Assembly: GCA_965199495.1 (NCBI GenBank)
Contig: CBDASK010000003.1
Coordinates: forward strand, 1,792,001-1,856,000
Length of the DNA stretch: 64,000 nt
Origin: Abditibacterium sp.
GTDB taxonomy: Bacteria; Armatimonadota; Abditibacteriia; Abditibacteriales; Abditibacteriaceae
Direction of reading: 5' to 3'
Position numbers and translations under genes: made by a program. Positions 18,890 to 31,740 of the stretch are shown one piece after another (position 1 is the stretch's first letter; every line of letters starts with the position of its first letter). The notes under the pieces were generated by a model. That model was given only the letters and a program-made list of their open reading frames with translations, made no database searches and had not been told where the DNA came from.

Positions 18890-19906
18890 CTATTCTATCC
18901 TTTTGCGGCTTTCCTGCACCATCTGCGACAAAGAAGAATCACTTTCCTTTGCCGCTTGCTGCATCAGCAAACCTAAAGTTCCAATTTGCAATGGTTTTGA
19001 AGAATGTGCTTTTGCAATTTTCCCTTTCTGCGGAATTCTTTTGCCCCGCTTCTTCGGAGGCTTCTTTGAAGGGGTAGTTGGCAACTCAACTTTCACCGCC
19101 TCAGTCTTTAAAGTTTCGACCTTCAAAGCCTCTGACCTACCTTTGTGGTTCGACTTCAATTCCCGAAGCAAAGGATGAAGTGTGCTCTCTTTTAAAGTTT
19201 CACGCCATTCATCGCTCGTTTGCGCTCCTCCTAATATAAACGGAATCTGATTAGTGGCTCTGCTATCCCTACAATTGCGAGATGCTGCGAATCTCTTCCA
19301 ATCATAAATAAATTCTGACTTCAAGGAGTTGATACCTCCAAGTTTTTTAACTTTATGCAAGTTGAGCAACTCGCAACACAACACAAAAGCAAATTTCCCG
19401 TCTATGGGTTTGCGAAGCTGAAAAGCCAACTCTATCAAAAGAGGAAAGCTACTTACGCGAAATCTACCAGTGCTGTCAGGAAAATTCAAACAGGCGTAAT
19501 GACAATGGCAAAGGAACTCGAATATGAGTGCGAGATCTTCCCTACTGGCCTCTTCACTTACTGCTCTATTTTCAAGTCCTGCCAAGTGAATTAAAAGATA
19601 TTGTTCCTCAGGTAGAGGATTGAAACGATACTCCGCTCTCAACCAACAAAGATAGCAATGTCTCTGTCGTGCAGTCAAAACCTCGTAAGATTCAGGGCGT
19701 CCGCTCAATGGTTCGGAACAATCGCAGCTTTCGCGATCTAAATTTAAATAGACTACAAAGGAAGGAATAGATTCCTCGTTGCTACGACAGAAGTAAAATA
19801 ACTTCTTATCATCCCAGACTACTCGATCTGCGCCATCGCTTTTGAAATCTTTGTTCAGCAAATGATCATCGAAATTCTTCGCACCTTTGACACCGGGCCA
19901 ACTCAT
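18890..19906 (-). CDS. AT-rich protein with a TerB_N-like domain
   Basis: PESYEVLTARQRHCYLCWL...YLLIHLAGLENR resembles the TerB N-terminal domain; low GC. Confidence 0.55.
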   Translation of the reverse strand: MSWPGVKGAKNFDDHLLNKDFKSDGADRVVWDDKKLFYFCRSNEESIPSFVVYLNLDRESCDCSEPLSGRPESYEVLTARQRHCYLCWLRAEYRFNPLPEEQYLLIHLAGLENRAVSEEASREDLALIFEFLCHCHYACLNFPDSTGRFRVSSFPLLIELAFQLRKPIDGKFAFVLCCELLNLHKVKKLGGINSLKSEFIYDWKRFAASRNCRDSRATNQIPFILGGAQTSDEWRETLKESTLHPLLRELKSNHKGRSEALKVETLKTEAVKVELPTTPSKKPPKKRGKRIPQKGKIAKAHSSKPLQIGTLGLLMQQAAKESDSSLSQMVQESRKRIE

Positions 19907-19971
19907 GTTCTGCACCTCGTAGAAAAGATTTATCAGTAATTTTAACAGGCCGAAAATCAAACGTCAAGCAC

Positions 19972-20006
19972 AAAAAAAGCCCGTCTCTTTCGAGACGGGC
20001 TTTTTT
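19972..20006 (-). terminator. Intrinsic terminator of the rRNA unit
   Basis: AAAAAAAGCCCGTCTC-TTTC-GAGACGGGCTTTTTT directly downstream of 5S. Confidence 0.85.
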
Positions 20007-20014
20007 CAAAAAAT

Positions 20015-20131
20015 CGCGGCGGCGACCTACTTTCCCACAAAGACAACCTTGCAGTATCATCGGCGCTGAGGGGCTTGACTTCCGTGTTCGGAATGGGAAC
20101 GGGTATTTCCCCCTCGCCAAAACCACCGCAA
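20015..20131 (-). rRNA. rrf: 5S rRNA
   Basis: Reverse complement contains CCCGTTCCCATTCCGAACACGGAAGTCAAG and GGGAAAGTAGGTCGCCGCC; ends approximate. Confidence 0.97.
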
Positions 20132-20228
20132 ACTGATAGAGTTGAGACTTTAAAAAAGTCTTCACCCTGAAAACTGCGTAGAGTGTGAGCCATACATCTT
20201 CGTTCGATGCGTGTTTGTATAAGGCAAG

Positions 20229-23443
<3,215 letters not shown>

Positions 23444-23815
23444 CGCAAAACCGGTATCGCTACCGGCTTCCGCATCTTTAGTTCTTGGTTCTAGTTCAAT
23501 ACTATCATCCAGATTCTATCAACGCAAAATGTTGTTTCTTTACCTTATTTATTCACACGAGTTATCCATCTCAACCTAATGAAAGATTAAGTGGGAACAA
23601 TCTCGAACGAAAATGTATTTCTCACACTCTATGCAGTTTTCAAGGTGCCCAGCATCGAAATTCATCCAAGCCCAAACAGGCTTTTCATAAACTCCGGCTG
23701 ATGAGAACGAGTCGCTCGGACTCGCTCTAATCAACCGTTTCTCTCGCTGTATTTCGTTTCACTTCAAGGTTCGCGCCTCTGCTTTCGGAAAGCTCTTCGT
23801 CAGGGGCAAGAAGAA

Positions 23816-23844
23816 ATTATACGCTAACTCGCTCGGCTTGTCAA
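23816..23844 (-). promoter_or_regulatory. Sigma70 promoter (proximal) for 23S-5S
   Basis: Perfect TTGACA-17 nt-TATAAT on the minus strand. Confidence 0.85.
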
Positions 23845-24087
23845 GGGGCTGGTTCAAACTTTTTTCGCAGTTCCTACTGCGTGGTTGTTGAGCCTCTCTG
23901 CCAGAGCGGGTTATCTAAACGTAAGGCGAAAAACCGGGTTCCAAGATTTTTAAAAATCTTTTTTGGAAAGTTTTTCGACTGACTTATCTTCTTGCTCGCT
24001 GATTCAAAGCTGATGGCTCCAGTTCAGGTCGCAACTCGCTATTCGTTTTCTCTCAAGGAACAAGGCCGCTCGAAGCGGCGAAGAGAA

Positions 24088-24116
24088 ATTCTACGGAAGT
24101 TTGGGCAGGGCGTCAA
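24088..24116 (-). promoter_or_regulatory. Sigma70 promoter (distal) for 23S-5S with AT-rich UP-like tract
   Basis: TTGACG-17 nt-TAGAAT on the minus strand; A/T tracts at about 24128-24150. Confidence 0.75.
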
Positions 24117-24339
24117 GGGTTTCTCGGAAAAATTTTAAATTTAATTTTTTCATCCGAGAATTTGCAGAGTAAAGCCAAATTTTGCGCTTGCATTGACACT
24201 TTCTCTAAGATAAGTTTTGATACAGCAATTTTTCCCTTGTGTGCATTCGAGGCAACAAAGTGGAAAAATTCATTATTTGGAATGACGCTTAGCCAGAATG
24301 TATCGGCGACGCAAATTCCCCAAAATTACGGAGATTCTC

Positions 24340-25095
24340 ATGATCAAAACTCTCCCTCTGTTGGCGCTCACTCTATTTGCATCAACTCCCCTACTGGCGC
24401 AAACCGTCGAGACACCCGCAGAAAAACCCGCGAAAAAGCCCGCCGCTAAGAAAACTGCCGCCGCGAAAAAGACGACGACCGTCGCCGGTATCGCCCACGT
24501 CCGCTTTTTGCACGCTGCGCCCGGTGCTGGAGCTGTTGACATTTATGCGCGCGGCGACGAAAAAATCAAAACCGGCATGACTTACAAGGAACTGACGAAT
24601 TATACAGAAGTCAAATCCGGCAAGATGCCGCTCAAAATTACAGCCACCGGCAAAACCGACGCGCTGATTAGCGGCGCCGTGACTTTAACCAAAGACAAAT
24701 GGTATACGGTCGCGGCTTATATGGACGGCGCGACGCCCGCCGTTATCGGCATCAACGAATCGAGCGGCGTCGAAATGCCCGACAAAGCGCGCGTTCGCGT
24801 AGTGAATTTGGTGTCCGGCTCCGACGGCGTGGCTGTGACCAAGCCCTCGAAACGTGCCGCCGATGGCAGCGCCAATTTCATTGCTAAACCGGTGTTATTT
24901 GGCAAATCGTCGTCGAAGACGCTCAAACCCGCGACCGAGACGATTCAATTCCGCGATTCGGCGGGCAAAATGCTGAAGGAAATGCCCGATATGAAGCTCG
25001 ATGCAAATATGCGTTACACGGTGTTCATCATCGGCAAAGCCGGAGGAACCGGCGGCGATGCGGTTGATGTAATCGTCAAAGACGCCGCGAAGTAA
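24340..25095 (+). CDS. Secreted DUF4397-domain protein
   Basis: Signal peptide; VRFLHAAPGAGAVDIY and ARVRVVNL repeats. Confidence 0.8.
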   Translation: MIKTLPLLALTLFASTPLLAQTVETPAEKPAKKPAAKKTAAAKKTTTVAGIAHVRFLHAAPGAGAVDIYARGDEKIKTGMTYKELTNYTEVKSGKMPLKITATGKTDALISGAVTLTKDKWYTVAAYMDGATPAVIGINESSGVEMPDKARVRVVNLVSGSDGVAVTKPSKRAADGSANFIAKPVLFGKSSSKTLKPATETIQFRDSAGKMLKEMPDMKLDANMRYTVFIIGKAGGTGGDAVDVIVKDAAK

Positions 25096-25106
25096 TGCGA
25101 TTGCTT

Positions 25107-25204
25107 CCCGTAGAGACACCGACTTGTCGTGTCTAAAACGTAAATAAACCACGATGTTTGTGGGCGCCATCACGTTTTAGACACGATAAATCGTTGTCTC
25201 CACA
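25107..25204. repeat. REPIN-like element, family A
   Basis: CCCGTAGAGACACCGACTTGTCGTGTCTAAAACGT ... ACGTTTTAGACACGATAAATCG; right arm degenerate. Confidence 0.8.
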
Positions 25205-25228
25205 AACGGCGCTAAACTTTGCGCTCTT

Positions 25229-26509
25229 ATGCAAAGAGTCGAAGGCACATCAGCCACGCGCGCGGCCATCCAAACCGCCAACGCCGCGCGCGCGTTCACG
25301 GCGTCGCCGCAAATCGAAGCCGCCGTGCGCCAAATTTGCGACGACGTTCGCGCACGCGGCGACGACGCCGTCATCGAAAACTGCCGTCAATTCGATTGCC
25401 CCGATTTACAAATCGAAAATTTGCGCGTCACCGAAGCCGAAATCGAAGCCGCTTGGAACGCGCTGCCCAACAACGCACAAAACGCTTTACAGCGCGCGGC
25501 CAAAAATCTCGAAGCGTTTCACCGCGCGCAAAAGCCGCAGGATTTCACTTTCGATTCACCCGATGGCGCGCGTTTGGGCAATCGTTGGACGCCGATTGTG
25601 CGCGCCGGAATTTACGCGCCCAACGGTCGCGCGGCTTATCCATCAACCGTTTTAATGTTAGCGATACCAGCGCGCGTGGCTGGTGTGAAGGACCTTGTTC
25701 TCGCTACGCCCGCCGGAAAAGATGGCAACGCGCACCCCGTAATATTAGCCGCCGCTTATGTCGCCGGAATTTCGGAAATCTACAAAGTTGGCGCCGCCGC
25801 CGCGATGGCGGCTTTGGCCTACGGCACCGACATAATCCCGCGCGTGGACAAACTCGTCGGCCCCGGCTCGATTTGGATGACGCTGGCGAAAAAACACCTG
25901 TTTGGCGTCGTCGGCATTGACGGTTTATACGGCCCCTCCGAAGTCGCCATTGTCGCCAACAAAGGCGCCGATGCCGCGCAAATTGCCGCCGATTTGCTGG
26001 CGCAGGCCGAACATGGCGCCGATAGTTTCGTGGCGTTTCTGACGCCTTCTCACGATTTAATTAACCAAGTCGAAAGCGAAATAGAAGCGCAATCACAAAG
26101 TTCGCCGCGCGCGAAATTGGCGCGCGCGGCGCTGGAAAACTCGCTTCTGTGCCGCGTCGAAAGCATGGAAGCGGCGTGCGAGTTGTGCGATTTAATCGCC
26201 GCCGAACACGTCGAAATTTGGAGCGACGACGCGCCCAAATGGGCCGCTCAAATTCCCAACGCGGGCGCGATTTTCCTCAATTGTCCGGTTCCCTTGGGCG
26301 ACTATATCATCGGTCCGTCGCACACGTTGCCAACGGGAGCCACGGCGCGCTTCGCGTCGGGCGTGGGCGTTGATACGTTTCTCAAGCGCACTTCGATAAT
26401 TGAAGCGCCCAAAGCGAGCATCGCGCAGTTGGCCGACGATTTGGAAACGATTGCGTTATTGGAAGAGTTGCCGGGACACGCGGCGGCGGTGAAGCGCGCG
26501 GCGAATTAG
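25229..26509 (+). CDS. hisD: Histidinol dehydrogenase
   Basis: YPSTVLM, GPSEV, DLLAQAEHG, AAEHVE and GPSHTLPT motifs. Confidence 0.96.
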   Translation: MQRVEGTSATRAAIQTANAARAFTASPQIEAAVRQICDDVRARGDDAVIENCRQFDCPDLQIENLRVTEAEIEAAWNALPNNAQNALQRAAKNLEAFHRAQKPQDFTFDSPDGARLGNRWTPIVRAGIYAPNGRAAYPSTVLMLAIPARVAGVKDLVLATPAGKDGNAHPVILAAAYVAGISEIYKVGAAAAMAALAYGTDIIPRVDKLVGPGSIWMTLAKKHLFGVVGIDGLYGPSEVAIVANKGADAAQIAADLLAQAEHGADSFVAFLTPSHDLINQVESEIEAQSQSSPRAKLARAALENSLLCRVESMEAACELCDLIAAEHVEIWSDDAPKWAAQIPNAGAIFLNCPVPLGDYIIGPSHTLPTGATARFASGVGVDTFLKRTSIIEAPKASIAQLADDLETIALLEELPGHAAAVKRAAN

Positions 26510-26961
26510 CGCACCGTCGGATGAAGTTCGGCCTGTTTCTGTTGCCAATCTTGCGCGTGCCATACGATGAGTTCGTCTTTGTCCATTTTGCCGGCGATAT
26601 CCGAACTTTTCAACTCCAGCATAAATGATTTATTACCAACCGAAAAATCGGTCGGATCGAGCAATCCTGTTCCCATTGTCCAGATAATTTTCTGCGTTAC
26701 GCCATTCGCGGTTACGACGAAATTTTCGTAAACGAAACCGTTGGGATAATTTTTGACTTTAACGTGCGTTTGCCCCCCGAATTTCAAACTAAAATCAGCG
26801 AACTGAAGCGCCTGACCTTTGGCAAAGCGCACTTTTTGCCCGTAAGGTTGAACCGCATTTTTGGAGCTTGGATTTGAAGAAGGCATAACCGTTTTTGATT
26901 GCGAACACGAGACACCCCAAATCGGCGCGCTGACAAACAGCAGCCACGTCGCGCGTTTCAA
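26506..26961 (-). CDS. Hypothetical exported protein or lipoprotein
   Basis: Signal-like N-terminus with VSC; overlaps the peptidase stop by 4 nt. Confidence 0.6.
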   Translation of the reverse strand: MKRATWLLFVSAPIWGVSCSQSKTVMPSSNPSSKNAVQPYGQKVRFAKGQALQFADFSLKFGGQTHVKVKNYPNGFVYENFVVTANGVTQKIIWTMGTGLLDPTDFSVGNKSFMLELKSSDIAGKMDKDELIVWHAQDWQQKQAELHPTVR

Positions 26962-27953
26962 TCCTCGCCGCCCATGAGTTTCTCAAATTTGCGGCGATCC
27001 TGACGGCGTTTCCACACGCGAAGCGGATTTAAATTGCTCAGGGTAAATTTGTCGTCAAGCGGTTTGTTTTTGGCGCCGCCATTTATCAGGCGCAAGCGCG
27101 GCAATCTCACTCCCGCACGCGCGGGCGCGGCGCCCCAACTTCCCGCGCCTGTGGCTCGCTCTTCTTCCCAAACTTCGTCGGCCATTTGGCGCAGGTTCAT
27201 GCGCGTTTGGTAACAGTAGAAAAACAGCGATCCCATCAAAAACATCATGAAAAGGTTGCCCAACGAAATCAGGAAAATTCCGCCCGCCGTTATCATGCCC
27301 ACGATGCAAGCGACGTTAGTCGCCTGATAAAATCCCAGTTTCGGCCACAAAGCGCACTGCAAAATGCGCCCGAAATCGAGCGGAAAAATCGGCAGCAAGT
27401 TAAATAGGAAAAGTCCCATGCTGGTCGAATAAATCCACCATAAATAGTAAGCGGCGGTTGACGACATTTCCATCCAACCGCCGGTCGCACTGCCGAGATA
27501 AGGCGCGAGAGGGTTGCCCAAAACCCAAGTGCCCTGAATGACACGCAACAACACGGCGCAAATCAGACAAATTATCACGTTGGTGAGCGGCCCGCCCGCC
27601 GTGCCGACAAACGAAGGCCACGGACGGCGCGGCGTCTGAATGAAGGCCAATCCGCCCAAGGGCCACAGCAAAACGTCGTCGCCGCGCCCGCCGACGGCGC
27701 GCGCGGCAAAACAATGCCCGAACTCGTGTAGCAGAATGACCCCAAACAAAATCACGCTCGAAGTTAAGGCGTTGCGCCAGCCGGTCACGCCCGCCGACAG
27801 CAAGTTGAAGGCGAGCAGAATCACCAGCGAAACGTGAATCCGAATTTTGATTCCAAACAGATGGCCGATAGTGAAATCGCCCATAAACAACTGCAACAAT
27901 GGATTGCCGCCGCCTCTGCCCGAACGATTGTAGTCCCGATCTTGAATTCCCAT
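26958..27953 (-). CDS. M50 family (site-2) intramembrane metalloprotease
   Basis: HEFGH, AGGPLTN and FNLLPIFPLD motifs. Confidence 0.92.
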   Translation of the reverse strand: MGIQDRDYNRSGRGGGNPLLQLFMGDFTIGHLFGIKIRIHVSLVILLAFNLLSAGVTGWRNALTSSVILFGVILLHEFGHCFAARAVGGRGDDVLLWPLGGLAFIQTPRRPWPSFVGTAGGPLTNVIICLICAVLLRVIQGTWVLGNPLAPYLGSATGGWMEMSSTAAYYLWWIYSTSMGLFLFNLLPIFPLDFGRILQCALWPKLGFYQATNVACIVGMITAGGIFLISLGNLFMMFLMGSLFFYCYQTRMNLRQMADEVWEEERATGAGSWGAAPARAGVRLPRLRLINGGAKNKPLDDKFTLSNLNPLRVWKRRQDRRKFEKLMGGED

Positions 27954-28088
27954 AAGATAAAAGCACCCGAAAAAGCCGCAGAATTAGACGCCAAACGCCC
28001 GCGCGCGTGCCGCGTCAAACCGATTCCATGTAACCCCCGCGCGCCTTTGGCGTCAGTTGAAAGTTCGATTTTACCGGAACAAAACGTC

Positions 28089-29525
28089 ATGCCCGCTTCA
28101 CCCCTCGTTTCGCCGCCCGCCCGCAAATACAAAAATCAAGTCGAAGAACAAGAACTCGTGCGCATCGAACGCGACAACAAACGCCGCGCCGCCGGATTGG
28201 GCGACATTATGCGTCAAGGCGTCGAAATTAGCGAAATCGAACCCGATTCCATCGCCGAAGAGTTGGGATTGCAACCCGGCGACCGACTTCTGGAAATTGA
28301 CGGCGAACGCGCGCGCGATATTATTCAACTCAAGAAAGCCGATCTGGGCGAAATTATCAATTTGACGGTTTTAACCGGCGACGAAATTGCGCAGTTCGAC
28401 ATCGAAAAAGATGTGATCGAAAGCATCGGAATCGGCGTGGACAGCGAATTATTCGACGGCGTGACGCGTTGCCAGAACAAATGTCCGTTTTGCTTTGTGG
28501 ATCAATTGCCGCCGCGCGTCAAAGGCGGCGACAATTTGCGCCGCACGCTTTATGTGCGCGACGACGATTATCGTTTGTCGTTTCTGCACGGCCATTACAT
28601 TACGCTGACGAACCTCAAGGCGCACGATTACGAGCGCATTATCGAAGAGAAATTGACGCCGCTTTGTGTTTCGGTTCATGCGACCGACCCAGCCACGCGC
28701 ATCAAGATGGTCGGCAACAAAAGCGGCGGCGATATTTTAGAGAAGCTGAAATATCTCAACGACAACGGCATTCGCGTCAACGCGCAAATCGTGCTGTGTC
28801 CCGGCTGGAACGACGGCGAAATTCTGCGCCAATCGGTCGAAGATTTAATGGCGCTTTATCCCAATGTCGAATCAATGGCGGTCGTGCCCGCCGGTTTGAC
28901 CAAATTTATGCCGACCGACCGAGGCATGAATTTGGTCAAACCCGAAGAAGCGCAGCAATGCTTGGAACAGCTCGAACCGTTTCAGAAAATGGCGCGCAAA
29001 AAGTGGGGCGTTCGTTTTGTTTACGCCTCGGACGAAATGTATTTGCTGGCCGGGCAGGAAGTTCCCCATGCCGCTTTTTACGACGGTTTTCCGCAATACG
29101 CCAATGGCGTTGGCATGATTCGTTCGTTTTTGGACGACGTGAAAAAAGTGAAACGCCGCAAAAATAAAGTCGGGCGCGCGCCCAAAATCACGATGGCGAC
29201 GGGAAGTTTGGCGGCTCCGGCGTTGCGCGAACTCGCTCAGGTTTTGCGCGAGAAAAATTTGGCCGACGCGCACGTTTTGGAAATCCATAATACCTACTGG
29301 GGCGGCAACGTGGCCTGCGCCGGTCTGATTATGGGACAGGAATTGGTCGCGCAAAGCAAAGGTTTGAATTTGGGCGAGATGTTGTTTTTGCCGCCCGACG
29401 CCGTTGACGGCAAACGCCGAATGTTGGACGATATTACGCTCGATACGTTGAGCGGGCGTTTGAATACGATGGTGCGCTCAGATGCCAATGGGCCGTTGGA
29501 TTTGGCGGATATTTTGAGCGTTTAA
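28089..29525 (+). CDS. PDZ + radical-SAM-like DUF512 protein
   Basis: CQNKCPFCFVDQLP and DDDYRLSFLHG; start may instead be at about 28209. Confidence 0.88.
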   Translation: MPASPLVSPPARKYKNQVEEQELVRIERDNKRRAAGLGDIMRQGVEISEIEPDSIAEELGLQPGDRLLEIDGERARDIIQLKKADLGEIINLTVLTGDEIAQFDIEKDVIESIGIGVDSELFDGVTRCQNKCPFCFVDQLPPRVKGGDNLRRTLYVRDDDYRLSFLHGHYITLTNLKAHDYERIIEEKLTPLCVSVHATDPATRIKMVGNKSGGDILEKLKYLNDNGIRVNAQIVLCPGWNDGEILRQSVEDLMALYPNVESMAVVPAGLTKFMPTDRGMNLVKPEEAQQCLEQLEPFQKMARKKWGVRFVYASDEMYLLAGQEVPHAAFYDGFPQYANGVGMIRSFLDDVKKVKRRKNKVGRAPKITMATGSLAAPALRELAQVLREKNLADAHVLEIHNTYWGGNVACAGLIMGQELVAQSKGLNLGEMLFLPPDAVDGKRRMLDDITLDTLSGRLNTMVRSDANGPLDLADILSV

Positions 29526-29657
29526 TTTCACACAAAGAACACGAAGATCACACAAAGGGCACAAAGAGAATTAAATTCAACTTTTCTATTTTACAAATCA
29601 GTTGCTTTATTTTCTTTGTGTTCCCTTGTGCGATTTTTGTGTTCTTTGTGTGAAATT
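29524..29657. repeat. Inverted repeat built of CACAAAG-type short units, family C
   Basis: TTTCACACAAAGAACAC...GTGTTCTTTGTGTGAAA between convergent genes; similar design to 59460-59585. Confidence 0.7.
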
Positions 29658-30922
29658 TATTTCCTTACCAGCCGCGCCATATAAAACCCGTCAAAACCGG
29701 TTTGCGCCGCCGAAATCACGCGTTCCTTGCGCAAGTTCCATTCGGGAAATTCGCCAACAAACCACGCGATTTGTTCTTGATTCTCGCTCGGCAAAATCGA
29801 ACACGTCGCATAAATAATTTCGCCGTCGGGCGCGACTAAATCGCGATAACTCGTCAAAATTTCGCGTTGCGTGGCGCGCAATCGCTCCAACCAATCGGGC
29901 GATAATCGCCATTTCAAATCGGGTTGACGACGCAAAGTTCCCGTTCCCGAACACGGCATATCGAGAACTAAAAGGTCGGCCCAACCGCGCAATTGTTGCA
30001 AAGATTTCTCGTTCGCCAGCGCAACTTGCACCTTCGCTCCGGCGCGCGCCGCGCGGCGTGACAATTCGTCCAGCTTCGATGCAGCCACGTCGAGCGCGCG
30101 CAGTTCGCCTTCGTTGTTCATTTGCGCCGCCAGATGTAACGTTTTTCCGCCCGCTCCGGCGCACGCGTCCAAAACTTTCAGGCCCGACGTGGCTGCTGCG
30201 AACGGCGCGACCATTTGCGACGCGGCATCTTGAATCTCGAATAATCCCGCTTTGTAGAGTTCAGTTCGCGTCACGGCTTTGCGCTCGACCAATTGCAACG
30301 CGTCGGGCAAATATGGGCGGACGGGGCTGGCGCCCTCTTCCAATCGGGATTCCGCCTCCGCACCAAGATTGGAAGCGGGCGCAAGCCCCGCTCCTCTATC
30401 TTCAACTAAAACAGTCTCGAAGCCCAATTCGTTTAACTGCGCGCGCAATTCGTCGCGCGCAATTTTTAGCGTGTTGGCGCGCAAAACAACGGGCGCCGTC
30501 TGATTTAACGCCGCGACTTCGGCGCCCCAACGTTCGCCTAATTCGCGCGCGCCCAATTCATCGAGCCAATCGGGAATGGATTGCGCAATCGCTCGTTCGA
30601 TTTCGGGAATTTGCAAACGCGTGCGCATCCACGCGGCGTTGGTATTTTTAAATTCGTCCCAAGCGGGCAATTCTTGATTTGTGCGCGCCAATTGCGCGGA
30701 TAACAGCGCCCAATTATTTTCGTCTTGCGCGGCGAATTCGAGCAAGCGGCGCCAACGCACAATTTCATAAACCGTTTCGGCGACAAACGAACGGTCGCGT
30801 TTGCCCCACTTTGGGTGCGCCTCGAACGATGCAGCCACGGCGCGCTCGGCGACGGCGTTGTTGTCGAAAATTTCGGATAATGTGGCGACGATGGCTTCGG
30901 CCAAATTGCGATGCAGTTTCAC
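29657..30922 (-). CDS. RsmB/NOP family RNA m5C methyltransferase carrying an in-frame palindrome insertion
   Basis: IQDAASQ, DACAGAGGKT, DMPCSGTG and YATCS motifs. Confidence 0.93.
   Translation of the reverse strand: MKLHRNLAEAIVATLSEIFDNNAVAERAVAASFEAHPKWGKRDRSFVAETVYEIVRWRRLLEFAAQDENNWALLSAQLARTNQELPAWDEFKNTNAAWMRTRLQIPEIERAIAQSIPDWLDELGARELGERWGAEVAALNQTAPVVLRANTLKIARDELRAQLNELGFETVLVEDRGAGLAPASNLGAEAESRLEEGASPVRPYLPDALQLVERKAVTRTELYKAGLFEIQDAASQMVAPFAAATSGLKVLDACAGAGGKTLHLAAQMNNEGELRALDVAASKLDELSRRAARAGAKVQVALANEKSLQQLRGWADLLVLDMPCSGTGTLRRQPDLKWRLSPDWLERLRATQREILTSYRDLVAPDGEIIYATCSILPSENQEQIAWFVGEFPEWNLRKERVISAAQTGFDGFYMARLVRK
30322..30390. repeat. Family B palindrome inside the RsmB-like coding sequence
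   Basis: CGGGGCTGGCGCCCTCTTCCAATC...GATTGGAAGCGGGCGCAAGCCCCG matches the intergenic copies. Confidence 0.85.
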
Positions 30923-30952
30923 GAGGGACAGTGTGACGGATTAGACGAGCAT

Positions 30953-31660
30953 TTATTTTTCTGTTAGCACCGACGTATGCCTGTAAGCCCAATCGCCGAT
31001 GCGCTCTATACGTTCACCGGGCAATCGCGTGGGATATTTCCGATCAGAAAAATAATCTAACGATTCGTAGCTCAAAGCAAATCCTGTTCGCACGCGCAAA
31101 GTGTAAAATTGCAGTGCGCCATCGCCCCAATCGGCGCGCGAATAGCGAAAATCGGGATACGAGACCATGCCCGTTTGCGGCACGCGCGCGATGTAGTTTG
31201 GCACCAATGCTTGCAAACTTTCGGGCGCGTGACCTTTATCGGTTTTGTAACTTTCGATAGCAGCAATTAAAGGTTTGGCGTGCGCCACTGCCGCTTCCAA
31301 TCCAGCACGGCGTGTGGGCCAACAGGAAGGCAAATAAGAGAGCATATAGAATAGGGGCGACACGACAATTATGCAAAACAAAACGGCAAGGTAAAATTTG
31401 AGCGGTGGCAATCGGCGATTCTGAAACGCCTCAATCGCGCTCGCCACAGCGACGCAAAATGCACAAAAAGTTAGCAAAGTCCCCAGCAAAAACTGCATAA
31501 CCGACGCATGAGGATCAAACAATATCGCCCAAATTGGCGCGACATCGTGCGTTGAAATCGCGTAACCAACGATAACATTAAGCTGACTCAAATAAAGCGC
31601 CAACGCAATGCAAAGCGTGCCCAAAATAAACGGTTTTGCGCGGCGCCAAAATGTTTTCAT
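30953..31660 (-). CDS. Hypothetical membrane protein
   Basis: Three to four hydrophobic segments, then an IESYKTDKGHAPESLQALVP pilin-like helix. Confidence 0.6.
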   Translation of the reverse strand: MKTFWRRAKPFILGTLCIALALYLSQLNVIVGYAISTHDVAPIWAILFDPHASVMQFLLGTLLTFCAFCVAVASAIEAFQNRRLPPLKFYLAVLFCIIVVSPLFYMLSYLPSCWPTRRAGLEAAVAHAKPLIAAIESYKTDKGHAPESLQALVPNYIARVPQTGMVSYPDFRYSRADWGDGALQFYTLRVRTGFALSYESLDYFSDRKYPTRLPGERIERIGDWAYRHTSVLTEK

Positions 31661-31740
31661 CTCTTCTAATTTGACATTTGTGCGGAGCAAACTCAAGCAC
31701 TTGAGTGTCGCGATTCCAACAACTGAGTTAAGCTCTGATT

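Noticed and set aside
15692..19960. Prophage or integrative element next to the 5S gene
   Set aside because: No integrase, phage structural genes or flanking direct repeats were seen.
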